From Thermodesulfobacteriota bacterium (GTDB taxonomy: Bacteria; Desulfobacterota_D; UBA1144; Nemesobacterales; Nemesobacteraceae), in assembly GCA_965202785.1 (NCBI GenBank), contig OZ241855.1, positions 928,001-992,000 of the forward strand: a stretch of DNA of 64,000 nucleotides, given 5' to 3'. Made by a program: the position numbers and the translations under genes. Shown piece by piece: positions 46,927-56,508 of this stretch. Position 1 is the stretch's first letter. Each line of letters starts with the position of its first letter. The notes under the pieces were generated by a model. It saw only the letters and a program-made list of their open reading frames with translations. It was not told the origin of the DNA and made no database searches.

Positions 46927-48666
46927 TCAATCCTCGAAAATTACATCCAGCGTTGATTTTCCAGTCGCTGATAGAATGTATGCATAGAAGCGTGCTCTAG
47001 TAAGCGATACTTGAAGGAGCCGTCTTGTCTCCATGTAGGGTGGTGTGTTGTCGCGCCCACGAAATGTCCGATGATGATCTTCAACAAGAAGCACCGCATC
47101 ATATTCACGCCCTTTCATCTGGTGCATTGTCAAAACGCTGATGCCATGCGTTTCATGATAGTTGTCCGAAATTTGGTTTTGAAGAATTGCTTCGTCCAAA
47201 GCGGCTTCGGCACCAGCATAATTCCCGTTTTGCTTCCAGAGATCGGCGAGTTGAGCCTCAATGGCTGATCCCCGACGCAGCAACCTTAGATAACGGGAAT
47301 GATCTCCTGTTCGTTTCAATTCATGGGCGTCGGCATCCTCAAGTGCATGCCTAACGGTGAGCCAGTCTTCAGTCGGCGAACCTGAAAAACCGGTGGCATA
47401 AAGCATTTTTAATATGTTAGTTAACGTGTTGACGCATTTGGTTTTCGGTGGCTTTCCTTGTCGGCACTTATCTACCCATTTAAGCAGGCGATCTGATGTT
47501 TGTATTGATGTCTGCGTTGCGGACGACCGAAAGACTGCACTTATACGATTCAATACGCCAGCCAGCGTTTCGTTGATCGGTTTATTCTTAGAAGCCATTA
47601 TAAAAGCAATTACTCTAGCCGCAAGCGTGATTTGCATATGATCAAACATGACGTCATGTGGTACGGGTTTGTATTCTTTTTTTTTGAACGTAAATTTCAC
47701 AGCCAAGGCATCTGAAATCATGCGGACCATTGCTCTGCTACGTGCAGCCACAGCGATGGTTATATCACGATGCCCCGCCTTTTCGACCACCACCTTCCAT
47801 GTTTGCAATAGTGCAAATCGTAGGCTTAATGCGAAGTGTCTGGGCTGAAAACGTTTGAATTCTATATCATCTGGCAAGTCGAGTTGAACCTCTGGCGATA
47901 AAAGACTGCGGGCGTAGCCTACTATGCCTGTTGCTGGACTGCGGTTATTCTCATTTTGGAAATCATATATTGTGGCGTCTAAGATCTCAGCAAAGTCTTT
48001 TAGACGTGTGGTGCTCATGCCTTTACGCCAAGAATATATACGTTGATCTGTATCACCAAGCGCAATGATCTCAGAGTTATTTGACAGCACTTGAATAAGT
48101 CTCCATTGATCTTCATCCGTATCTTGAAATTCATCGACGAAAATCAGCGGATGAGCATCGCCGAAACATTTGCGTACTACCATTGATTGCTGAAGAAGAT
48201 CCGCGGCGCGGGGTGCAAATTGATCATAGGTCACCCGACCGTCTTCAGTGAATAACCGCTCTTCTTCGGCCATCCAATCGTCCTCTTTCAAGGCGCCGCG
48301 CAACACTGCGGCATCCTGAGCTGCTACGATGGCCAATTTCCTTTGCGACGACAACAGGTAGCCGTGCGAACGAAGTATGTCCCAAGCAAAGGAATGATAT
48401 GTTTTTATCTCTACCTGTCGTCCGATATCATTGGACAGGATATTTCCTGCGCTCTCCAGGATTCGCCTTATTGCAGCATTGGAAAAGCTTAGAAAAAGAA
48501 CCGATTGTTCGGGCCTCAATCGCTCAAGAACATCTCTGCGAGCTTTCAAAAGTGCGATAGTTGTCTTCCCAGAACCTGGACCTCCTAAGACCAACATGTG
48601 ACCGCTGCCTTCAAGGATGGCAAGTCGTTTATCACAAATGTTGAAGCGGTTCTCTGGGTTTTCCAT
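46927..48666 (-). CDS. UvrD/SF1 helicase-like protein, GajB-like
   Basis: GGPGSGKTT, VDEFQD, LGDTDQRIY, TMHQMKGREYD, VSLTRAR; directly downstream of an OLD nuclease. Confidence 0.85.
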   Translation of the reverse strand: MENPENRFNICDKRLAILEGSGHMLVLGGPGSGKTTIALLKARRDVLERLRPEQSVLFLSFSNAAIRRILESAGNILSNDIGRQVEIKTYHSFAWDILRSHGYLLSSQRKLAIVAAQDAAVLRGALKEDDWMAEEERLFTEDGRVTYDQFAPRAADLLQQSMVVRKCFGDAHPLIFVDEFQDTDEDQWRLIQVLSNNSEIIALGDTDQRIYSWRKGMSTTRLKDFAEILDATIYDFQNENNRSPATGIVGYARSLLSPEVQLDLPDDIEFKRFQPRHFALSLRFALLQTWKVVVEKAGHRDITIAVAARSRAMVRMISDALAVKFTFKKKEYKPVPHDVMFDHMQITLAARVIAFIMASKNKPINETLAGVLNRISAVFRSSATQTSIQTSDRLLKWVDKCRQGKPPKTKCVNTLTNILKMLYATGFSGSPTEDWLTVRHALEDADAHELKRTGDHSRYLRLLRRGSAIEAQLADLWKQNGNYAGAEAALDEAILQNQISDNYHETHGISVLTMHQMKGREYDAVLLVEDHHRTFRGRDNTPPYMETRRLLQVSLTRARFYAYILSATGKSTLDVIFED

Positions 48667-48668
48667 AC

Positions 48669-50504
48669 TTAATGATCTGGATCAGTCAGTTCTTCATCAA
48701 TATTGGATGTGCCGACTTCATCACTTTCCCCGCTGTTTACCGGGAGATCGTTCGGCAGATCCTCGCTGATGTGCTCCAAGGCTTCTACGATTATATTAGG
48801 CAGATCATCGTCAGAGCAGAGTTCTACGAGTCGCTGCGCATAACTTGAACCCTTTCGGTTTTTTAGCACTTTCTTGCAGAGTTTTCGAACTTCGTTATCG
48901 TCTGCATCTGGATCATATTTAAACAATGTCGGATTCTTTGCATTATGCGGATAGTCTGCCCATGACGAAACCTCGGTCATGAAGGGTCGGATGACCTTGA
49001 TTGGTATCTGTTCTACAAGCAGATACTCGATGCCGGTATGCTCCAGCCCCCAGGCTTTATCGAAAGTTTTCTCAATATCGTCGCTGATTGATTCATTTTT
49101 TTGCCGGTCGTAGAAAGCGTAGATCCTGAGTCCAATTTCGGAGAAAAACTTTCCATAACTTAATAGACCTCCACCGCCCTCGCACTGAACGATTGTCACG
49201 CCAGACAGATCAAGTGGCGTGTAAGTTCCTTCTATGCTATGTTCTTCGAGGATAGTGGATGCAGAGTACAATGCTTCCGCATCTGAAACGCCTTCCACGC
49301 AGAGTACGCCATTTCCAAGGATGGCTTCGGCTAAAGCTCGGCGCAGGTTCCCCTTATAGGTCTTTGCCTTGATACCGCTGACCTCAATTCGCTGTCCTGA
49401 AACCACACCGTTGCTTCCTCTTTCTAGGAGAATGACATTGGCCGGATCATATTGCTCAAGCACAAATGGCGAATGCGTCGTCAGGATCGATTGGTCCATT
49501 CTTTTTTGAAGGAACTGGACAATTCGCCGCTGTGTATGCGGTGGGATTGCAATTTCGGGTTCTTCCATTGCGAAAATTACATTTGATTTTAACTCGGCGA
49601 TGAAGGTGAGTAGAGAAAATACCATTGAGTTAACTACGCCCGACCCCAATCGCCAGTATGGAACAGGAGTGTTCGAGCGTTCAGAGGATCCAAAAAGTGC
49701 GATCGACCGACGTAGGCTTTCCCTTGTCAATGCGGATGGATAAAGGCGGAAAGTGCGGTCATCTGCCGATAGACCGATAAAACGACGGACCCGAGTGTCA
49801 ATTTCATCGAGTATGGTTCTAAGCTGTGGGATTGCGTCAATTGCTGGGTCCAAGTTCTCCATGGAAACAAGCGTCTGTTCCCACATAGCCGACCGGTCGT
49901 CGTCCTTGAGCTTCAAGATGATGTCGAGCAATGAGCCACGCTCTAGGCTGAGAGCTCTTGCACCTGTCCTAAGAGCGCGTAAATAGATGAAGCCGAAAGT
50001 CCTCTTAGCTTGACGCGAGACTTTCGCACGACGAGATTCATCCTCCGGTGGAGGACTGGCGAAGAAGGTTTCCGCCTTAAATTCATCTTCATCAATATCG
50101 TAACAGCCTTCAAACTTGATCCGCAGGGCCGGTACGACGTTTTCGTCGTCTAGATCTTCTGGCACCGCCGTTTCATCCAACAGCTTGTTAGTAGCCGTGT
50201 TCCAATACTCGCGGTGTGTCCGGAATTTTGTGAGAATAGCGGCAGTGAGATCGGTGAGCACAACTTCCAGTTCAATGAGAATGGGTGCTTGCTCGCTGTC
50301 GAGATAACAGCGCTCTAAGAAGTCATGCTCGTCGATTGGTGAGGAGCGAGCTAAGCGATCGGGGCCAAGCAATAGATCCAACGCTTCGCACATAGTTGAC
50401 TTACCAACACTGTTACCGCCAATGATGACTGTGTGGTCAGGAAACAGAATTTCGCCCTTGGCAACGCTACGGAAATTTTTGAGTTTGAGTCGGCGTATTT
50501 TCAT
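48669..50504 (-). CDS. OLD-family ABC-ATPase/TOPRIM nuclease, GajA-like
   Basis: LKNFRS, GGNSVGKST, LGSG, AMEEPE, TTHSP, TOPRIM CVEGVSD. Confidence 0.85.
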   Translation of the reverse strand: MKIRRLKLKNFRSVAKGEILFPDHTVIIGGNSVGKSTMCEALDLLLGPDRLARSSPIDEHDFLERCYLDSEQAPILIELEVVLTDLTAAILTKFRTHREYWNTATNKLLDETAVPEDLDDENVVPALRIKFEGCYDIDEDEFKAETFFASPPPEDESRRAKVSRQAKRTFGFIYLRALRTGARALSLERGSLLDIILKLKDDDRSAMWEQTLVSMENLDPAIDAIPQLRTILDEIDTRVRRFIGLSADDRTFRLYPSALTRESLRRSIALFGSSERSNTPVPYWRLGSGVVNSMVFSLLTFIAELKSNVIFAMEEPEIAIPPHTQRRIVQFLQKRMDQSILTTHSPFVLEQYDPANVILLERGSNGVVSGQRIEVSGIKAKTYKGNLRRALAEAILGNGVLCVEGVSDAEALYSASTILEEHSIEGTYTPLDLSGVTIVQCEGGGGLLSYGKFFSEIGLRIYAFYDRQKNESISDDIEKTFDKAWGLEHTGIEYLLVEQIPIKVIRPFMTEVSSWADYPHNAKNPTLFKYDPDADDNEVRKLCKKVLKNRKGSSYAQRLVELCSDDDLPNIIVEALEHISEDLPNDLPVNSGESDEVGTSNIDEELTDPDH

Positions 50505-50526
50505 CTTTGCCTTTAGGAATTGCTCA

Positions 50527-51065
50527 TCAATCTTCTGACTGTTTTTTAATAGCCTTTGCTAACTCCCGCTGGTTCCAAGGCACAACTGGAATATTGTTAT
50601 TCTTAATAGCTTTTGGAAATCGTTTGGGTGGTGTGGAACCTTTGTGCATGGCAACGACTCCTTTACCCATAGCAAGGCTTTCTCTTATTCCCCAATCGAC
50701 CCATTTACTGCTGGCTGTTTTTTCGAAAACATAAACAATTGTGACTGAACACTGCCTGCTGATACGTTCCCGGATACGACGTCGAATGTACTCAGCTCTC
50801 TCGCTGTTAAAGGGCTCTTTAACAGACCAATCATTGAATTCGATATCGGTGTTCTCGTTTTTGGCTTGACCGCGTAGCAGGTTGACTTCATTATGTCCTC
50901 AAAGACTATGGATAACATTGAAACCACCGGCACAGCCCCGGACATTGCCAAAACAATAATTTGTAAGAAACAGAACCATTTTTTGTTTCTTATGCTTTTG
51001 CGGTCGTACCAATTAATCTGATTCTCGACTCGATCCTTGAGATACTCTTCCGGTGTCATTTTCAT
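50527..51065 (-). pseudogene. Disrupted SLATT (DUF4231) N-terminus joined to a frameshifted TIR domain (DUF1863/ThsB-like)
   Basis: YLKDRVENQINWYDRKS..NKKWF plus one TM helix (SLATT). A second frame at 50892-50527 reads NEVNLLRGQAKNENTDIEFNDWSVKEPFNSERAEYIRRRIRERI..CSVTIVYV.EKTASSKWVDWGIRES..MGKGVV (TIR). Confidence 0.75.
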
Positions 51066-51100
51066 GCTTTTAATTGAAGAATTTTAGGTGGGGCCATAGC

Positions 51101-52831
51101 TCAGTTTTTGGGCAATCTTGCTTCAACTGTTTCAATGAAATTTTCTAGAGGGCCGTACAGTTCGTCCTTCAAGATTGTTTCAGCATGTTTTGCTGCAAAA
51201 TTTGCAAGCCAGCTTTTTATTTCTCTTTTAACTTGGTTGTCCCAATGTTTTCCGGCCTCTACAAACAGTTTTTTCATTAAGCTCGACCACTTCTTTTTGC
51301 ATTTTGGCTTTAGTCTTTTTCTCGGGTCAACTCCAAATTTCTCAACAAAAGAAGGACCATAAACCCTCTTGTTGTAAATATCTTCTAGTTCTGATTCTTC
51401 AAGACTGGGGACAGAACAATAGTTAACATTAACGGTATCTAGAACCTTGTCATCTATTGCTTTTTGCACAGCCTTCTTTCCAGCTTGGTCATTATCAACG
51501 AGGCATTGGACTAAGCATGCTGAAGATTTATAGAATGAAGCTTTTGAGCGAAGAGAACTGACACCACCTAGATGATCAATTGCCACTGTCCCGGAATTCA
51601 GAGCATTTTTAAGAATTTCACTTCTAGCAGCAATAATGTGCCTCATGGCAAGCGCATCGTCGGTTCCTTCAAAGAGTAATACTATTCTGGCGTTCTGAAG
51701 ATTGTCGGAAAAACGAACACCCAAAGTATCTCTTACTTCAGAGATATGCTTTGCGCATACGGCTCTGCGGTCTTTCACGATGATTGTATTGTCAAGGTTG
51801 TTTGGATTCACAAACAGCGGTGAATGGCTGGTCAGCACAATCTGATTTTTCTCAGAAAGATTCTCAATTACCGATCTTAATTGGTGAATTGCATGCGGGT
51901 GAAGATGTGATTCCGGTTCCTCTATCGCAATTACAGTACTCAGTTTGGAGGCGTTTTGTTCCGATGCGTAACGCATCAGTGCCAATGCTACTAAGCTTTG
52001 AACACCGTCCCCTTTACGCTTAAGCTCAGTTTGGTGTCCATCATCTATTGCGATTTCCAAGTTCCCGCGAAGTGCGCGGTAACGCTCTTCACGTCGGCTT
52101 TTCAACTGAACTGATTCCACTTTTGGTAAGAAATCTGAAACGGTCTTTTGAATAGCTTCTCCCAGTTTATCTAAGACGGGCCGTTGAAGCTCCTCAATTT
52201 TAGCAAGAGCTTGTTTATATTCTTGATTGCCTTCGAGTCGACGCAACTCTCGTCCGACCAATTGGTAAATCACCTCTTCCGCAGAGTCCGCAGTCCTGAT
52301 AGCAGGAATGTATTCAAAACGGATACGATTAGAGATAAATTCTGCAATTCGGATACTCTTTTTTGTTAAAGAAGCTTGCCCTCGACCCTGCTTTTTTACT
52401 GATACATCAAATTGCCTTTGACTGAATGAGACCATTAAAGGCAATGCACCGTTCAGATTGCTTTTAATTTCCGACCTGAACTCCTCAACTTCATCAGGGT
52501 TAAGTTCAAACTCTAAAGTAATGTTTGTAGTGTCATTTGGAGTAGCTTTACTCTGTTTGCTTACAGGAAAATCCGTATTCCAATCATAGATACTACGCCT
52601 ATAGGGGCCGCTTGTGATGCTCGGTCGGACCTTGATTAAACGACCATCGGCAGCGCGGCGAACATGCCTCTTCCACTCCACTAAGGCATTCATAGCGAGC
52701 GTCAGAGCGTGAAGTATATTGGATTTGCCTTCATTGTTTGCCCCGACCAGCAACGAGTAATCGGAAAGAGGTATTTTCCTGGCTGTTGTTATGCTTCGAA
52801 AGTTTTCTACGGAAAACGATATTAATTTCAA
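51101..52831 (-). CDS. Stand-alone OLD-family ABC-ATPase/TOPRIM nuclease
   Basis: VENFRSI, GANNEGKSN, KGDGVQS, IEEPESHLHP, TSHSP, TOPRIM FEGTDD and VDND (DxD). Confidence 0.88.
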   Translation of the reverse strand: MKLISFSVENFRSITTARKIPLSDYSLLVGANNEGKSNILHALTLAMNALVEWKRHVRRAADGRLIKVRPSITSGPYRRSIYDWNTDFPVSKQSKATPNDTTNITLEFELNPDEVEEFRSEIKSNLNGALPLMVSFSQRQFDVSVKKQGRGQASLTKKSIRIAEFISNRIRFEYIPAIRTADSAEEVIYQLVGRELRRLEGNQEYKQALAKIEELQRPVLDKLGEAIQKTVSDFLPKVESVQLKSRREERYRALRGNLEIAIDDGHQTELKRKGDGVQSLVALALMRYASEQNASKLSTVIAIEEPESHLHPHAIHQLRSVIENLSEKNQIVLTSHSPLFVNPNNLDNTIIVKDRRAVCAKHISEVRDTLGVRFSDNLQNARIVLLFEGTDDALAMRHIIAARSEILKNALNSGTVAIDHLGGVSSLRSKASFYKSSACLVQCLVDNDQAGKKAVQKAIDDKVLDTVNVNYCSVPSLEESELEDIYNKRVYGPSFVEKFGVDPRKRLKPKCKKKWSSLMKKLFVEAGKHWDNQVKREIKSWLANFAAKHAETILKDELYGPLENFIETVEARLPKN

Positions 52832-53630
52832 CGATAGTCGCCTCGAATATATGAATTGTAATCAAATCGGGTGGTTAAAGTATTGAAAAAAGCTTTGCAT
52901 TTCATCTTATAGACTCCTTCATTTAATCTTTTCCACTCCTTGGGAGGATAAGAATCACGGCGGTGACTATCACAATTGCAGGTGTAGCCGTTTCAGGGTG
53001 AGTCAACACGTAGTTATTACGGTTTCGTCTTGCTCCTCCCTTCCGGCTTCACGATCCACTCACATTCAGTGGTACGATCGGTAAGTCCGTTGAAGAACAT
53101 ATCACAGATTTGTATGAATTACAATGCCTTAGAACAGGGTTAGGTTGGGTAGTCGGCCTTGTTTTTTGGGTGTCAGTTTTTTTGTTGGTACCAAAAAATG
53201 GGCGAAAAAACTTATATCCTAGGGATGGGCTGTTATAACCGCGGAGGAGGAAGCGAATGTGAATGAGGCGAACAGTTATTAAAAGCCGCATTGATCTACG
53301 CAAACTAACTATTTGCTGTCTCTGTCGATAGACTCGTACTTGTAACGAGACCGTTTGCACTTCACTACAAACATTTTTGGTTTGAACAGCCCGGGTCCGT
53401 GGCCGAACTTATGCTGTCGCAAGCCAACCGTGCCCTCTGATCAAATTGACAAGCGAGGGCAAAGCGCCTTCCGGGGCGAGATGACCCGGGCGGTCGCCAT
53501 ATTCCTTGACAGATCGAGAAATCTATTCGAAGCGGAATATAGAGAGCTTAAAAACAGAGGAATGCCGCGGCGGCTGAAAACGGTAGACTGGGGAGCTTCG
53601 GTGAATCGAGGCCGCATTCAAATATCCGCA

Positions 53631-54518
53631 TCATTTTTCTTTCTGACCTTCCCGGCTCGCCGACGAAAACAACAGGTCCTTTGCGGCCAGCACGGCACCC
53701 CCGGTGATCAGGACGCAGGCAAGAGCAATGCGCCAGTCGCCTTGACCGACACCTGATGCAACCAGGATCAAGGTTGAAAGCAGAGGTGCTGAATAGCTCG
53801 CGGTGCCTAAGACCTGGATATCGCCGTGCTTGACTCCAAAGTCCCAAGCGTAAAAGGCGGCACCGACCGGCAACAGGCCGAGGCCGGCGACGGCCAGCCA
53901 TTGTGCGGTCCCTTGCGGCCAGACCGTCTGTTCCAGCGCCAGATGGCAGATGAGGGAAAGGATGGCCGTTATCGCGCAAAATCCGGTGACGACATCGGTC
54001 GGAACCGCGCCGAACCGCCGTGACAAAAGCGAGTAGGCGGACCATGTAAAGGCGGAAAGCAGCGCCGCGCCATAGCCGAAGGCAAAACTGTCATTGAAGG
54101 AAAGGCTTGTTTTCGAAACAATCAGCACTGTTCCTGCTAGACCTGCCAGTACGCCTGTTATGTGATGCCAGCCGAGCCGTTCTCCGGGAAGCAATGCTGA
54201 ACCGACGACGATCAGCAGGGGCCAAAGGTAGCCGATCAGGCTCGCTTCGACAGCCGGTGCGTTGCGCAGTGCGGTGAAGTAGAAAAAGTGATAGCCGAAC
54301 AGCCCTCCAACGCCGAGACACCATATGTGCAAGGGCTGGCGCAGATTGCGAAAACCCGACGGCTTTGCGGCAAGTGCTATCAGCCCGATGGAGGTGGCGA
54401 TCGAAAAACACATTGCGGCAAGCTGGAAGGGCGGTACTTCTCCTGACGAGGCCGTCAGAAGGGCCAGCAGCGACCACATAAGGATTGCACTAAATCCGAC
54501 CAGCGTTGCTCGCATCAA
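53631..54518 (-). CDS. DMT/EamA family transporter (YddG-like)
   Basis: AILMWSLLALLT, VPPFQL, YHFFYFTAL..APAVEASLIGYLWPL; about 10 TM segments. Confidence 0.9.
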   Translation of the reverse strand: MMRATLVGFSAILMWSLLALLTASSGEVPPFQLAAMCFSIATSIGLIALAAKPSGFRNLRQPLHIWCLGVGGLFGYHFFYFTALRNAPAVEASLIGYLWPLLIVVGSALLPGERLGWHHITGVLAGLAGTVLIVSKTSLSFNDSFAFGYGAALLSAFTWSAYSLLSRRFGAVPTDVVTGFCAITAILSLICHLALEQTVWPQGTAQWLAVAGLGLLPVGAAFYAWDFGVKHGDIQVLGTASYSAPLLSTLILVASGVGQGDWRIALACVLITGGAVLAAKDLLFSSASREGQKEK

Positions 54519-54983
54519 ATATTTCTTCCGTTGTACAAATGTAGGTTAAAGGGTATGCGCTCTGGTTAACGATACCGGTATTATCCACAGCTATTCCCGT
54601 ATTTTTTTCGTCAGTTCTCAACAGACAGAGAAGGATTGTAGGGCACACCCTTCGGAGAGTCAATTACTTTCTTCCCCTCTCAATATTCACAACCTCCTGA
54701 AGTCTATTGCCCTTAAATCCCGTATCGCTGTAGACTTTATAAAAACACTGCCGGGCAATCAGCTTGTCCCGGATACGTCTTATCGCCACCACTCTGTCTA
54801 CTCCTTGTAAAAGCGTAGGTGGGGTAACAAAACGCCCTTCAATGATATTTTCGAGGAAGAGAAATCAAGAAAACAATGTGTCCGAATTGATTCGTAACGT
54901 ACAGTACGATTAACCGGATTGCGAAAACCACCGGGCGAGACTGTCTTCAGCCGGTTTTGAATGTGGATTATCGCGGTGTGATT

Positions 54984-55052
54984 TTGCGAAACCGCAAATT
55001 GGACGCTCGTGAAACCGTAAATTGGACGCTTGCGAAACCGTAAATTGGACGC
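54984..55052 (+). repeat. Three tandem 23-bp direct repeats overlapping the promoter of the AAA+/DUF4143 gene
   Basis: ttgcgaaaccgcaaattggacgc / tcgtgaaaccgtaaattggacgc / ttgcgaaaccgtaaattggacgc, then TAAAAT (55053-58) and ATG at 55067. Confidence 0.92.
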
Positions 55053-55066
55053 TAAAATAATTCCTT

Positions 55067-56314
55067 ATGGTTTCCGTACAGTCATTTATTCCAAGGTTGC
55101 TCACCCCGGCCATCCAGACCGCGTTGAGGGATACGCCCGTTGTTTGCCTTCTGGGTCCACGACAGAGCGGGAAAACTACTCTTGTTAGGCAGATGGCTCC
55201 CGAGCGAGCTTTTATCAGTTTTGAAAAACGCGAATACCACATTGCCGCCGCCGAGGATCCGGACGGTTTTGTGGCGGGCCTTCCCGATGCCGTGACTCTT
55301 GATGAAGTGCAACGGGTTCCGGATCTGCTCCACTCCATCAAGCTGGCTGTGGATCATGACCGTCGACCCGGACGGTTCCTGCTGACCGGTTCGGCCAACC
55401 TTTTACTGCTGCCGACTGTTACTGAATCTCTGGCGGGGCGGATGGAGATTGTCCGGCTGTATCCGTTGACCGAGGCGGAGAAGAATCACAGGCCGGGACA
55501 TTTTCTCAAGGAACTGCTTGACGACAATATCAGACCGAGCATCGCGGCGCGCAAGGAATCTTCGGGGCCGCCTTTGGAGGAACGGCTGATCAGGGGCGGC
55601 TATCCGGAGCCGTTAACCAGAACTCCGGCACGCGCGAGGCAATGGCACAGGCAATATCTGTCGAGCGTTATAGAGCGTGACGCTCGTGATGTGCTGAATC
55701 TGAGAGACGCCGAACAACTGCTCCGCCTGCTGGAACTGGTTTCTCTGCGAAACGCGGAGTTGCTGAGCGTCGGCAACCTAGCCAGCGATCTTGGAGTGCA
55801 CAGAGAATCGGTGGAGAACTGGCTAGCCGTTCTTGAGCGTCTTTTCCTCGTGCGCCGCCTGCCCGCCTGGCACTCCAATGCCTCAAAACGCCTGATCAAA
55901 TCGCCGAAGGTGCATTTGCTTGACAGCGGGCTTGCCGCGACGCTTACGAACCTCGGGATTTCCGACTGGTCGTCCGACAGAAACCGCATGGGGCACTTGC
56001 TTGAGACTTTCGTTTTGCAGCAACTTGTCGCTCAGGCGACATGGACGGATCCCGATCTCCGTTTCTGGCACTATCGCGACAAGGATAAAGTAGAAGTGGA
56101 CTTGGTTATTACTCGCGGCAGGAAAACCTGGGGAATCGAGATCAAGGCGTCAGGCGCCGTTACACCGAGAGACGGTCGCGGGCTCAGAAGGCTCGCGGAC
56201 CGTTGCGGAGCGGATTTTGCACGCGGGGTCCTGTTTTACGCGGGTGTTGACGTTTTCAATTTCAAGGACAAGAGGATTCTCGCCGTTCCTCTTAAGGAAC
56301 TCTGGGAACGATAG
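55067..56314 (+). CDS. AAA+ ATPase (AAA_14) with DUF4143 and C-terminal PD-(D/E)xK-like domain
   Basis: GPRQSGKTT, LDEVQ, LTGSA, GGYPE, KSPKVHLLDSG, HYRDKDKVEVDLVI...GIEIK. Confidence 0.9.
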   Translation: MVSVQSFIPRLLTPAIQTALRDTPVVCLLGPRQSGKTTLVRQMAPERAFISFEKREYHIAAAEDPDGFVAGLPDAVTLDEVQRVPDLLHSIKLAVDHDRRPGRFLLTGSANLLLLPTVTESLAGRMEIVRLYPLTEAEKNHRPGHFLKELLDDNIRPSIAARKESSGPPLEERLIRGGYPEPLTRTPARARQWHRQYLSSVIERDARDVLNLRDAEQLLRLLELVSLRNAELLSVGNLASDLGVHRESVENWLAVLERLFLVRRLPAWHSNASKRLIKSPKVHLLDSGLAATLTNLGISDWSSDRNRMGHLLETFVLQQLVAQATWTDPDLRFWHYRDKDKVEVDLVITRGRKTWGIEIKASGAVTPRDGRGLRRLADRCGADFARGVLFYAGVDVFNFKDKRILAVPLKELWER

Positions 56315-56508
56315 TGCCGAGGCAAAAAAAATCGCGACTGGCGCGTTTGTGCGGATTTTGCGCAAGACCTCATCACTAAAGCTGGAGTTCTCTGTCATGA
56401 CGAGGACTTTGGGCTTGATAGCGGAAATACGGTTTGCATACAGCATTCCTCTGCCATGTACATCGAAAGTTGCGTTTCAAACTTGAAAGCACGTGAGGAG
56501 TTAGAGCA

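Noticed and set aside
50685-50891. C-terminal half of the 126-aa ORF as real protein
   Set aside because: It is the out-of-frame read-through of the TIR coding frame
51101-53350. Retron with an ATPase-TOPRIM effector
   Set aside because: No reverse transcriptase and no recognisable msr-msd inverted repeats nearby
53049-53756. ORFs 53049..53360 and 53355..53756
   Set aside because: No recognisable motifs or ribosome-binding sites; the second overlaps the DMT gene on the opposite strand
54984-55052. CRISPR array
   Set aside because: The repeats are contiguous with no spacers, there are only three units, and no cas genes are in the window
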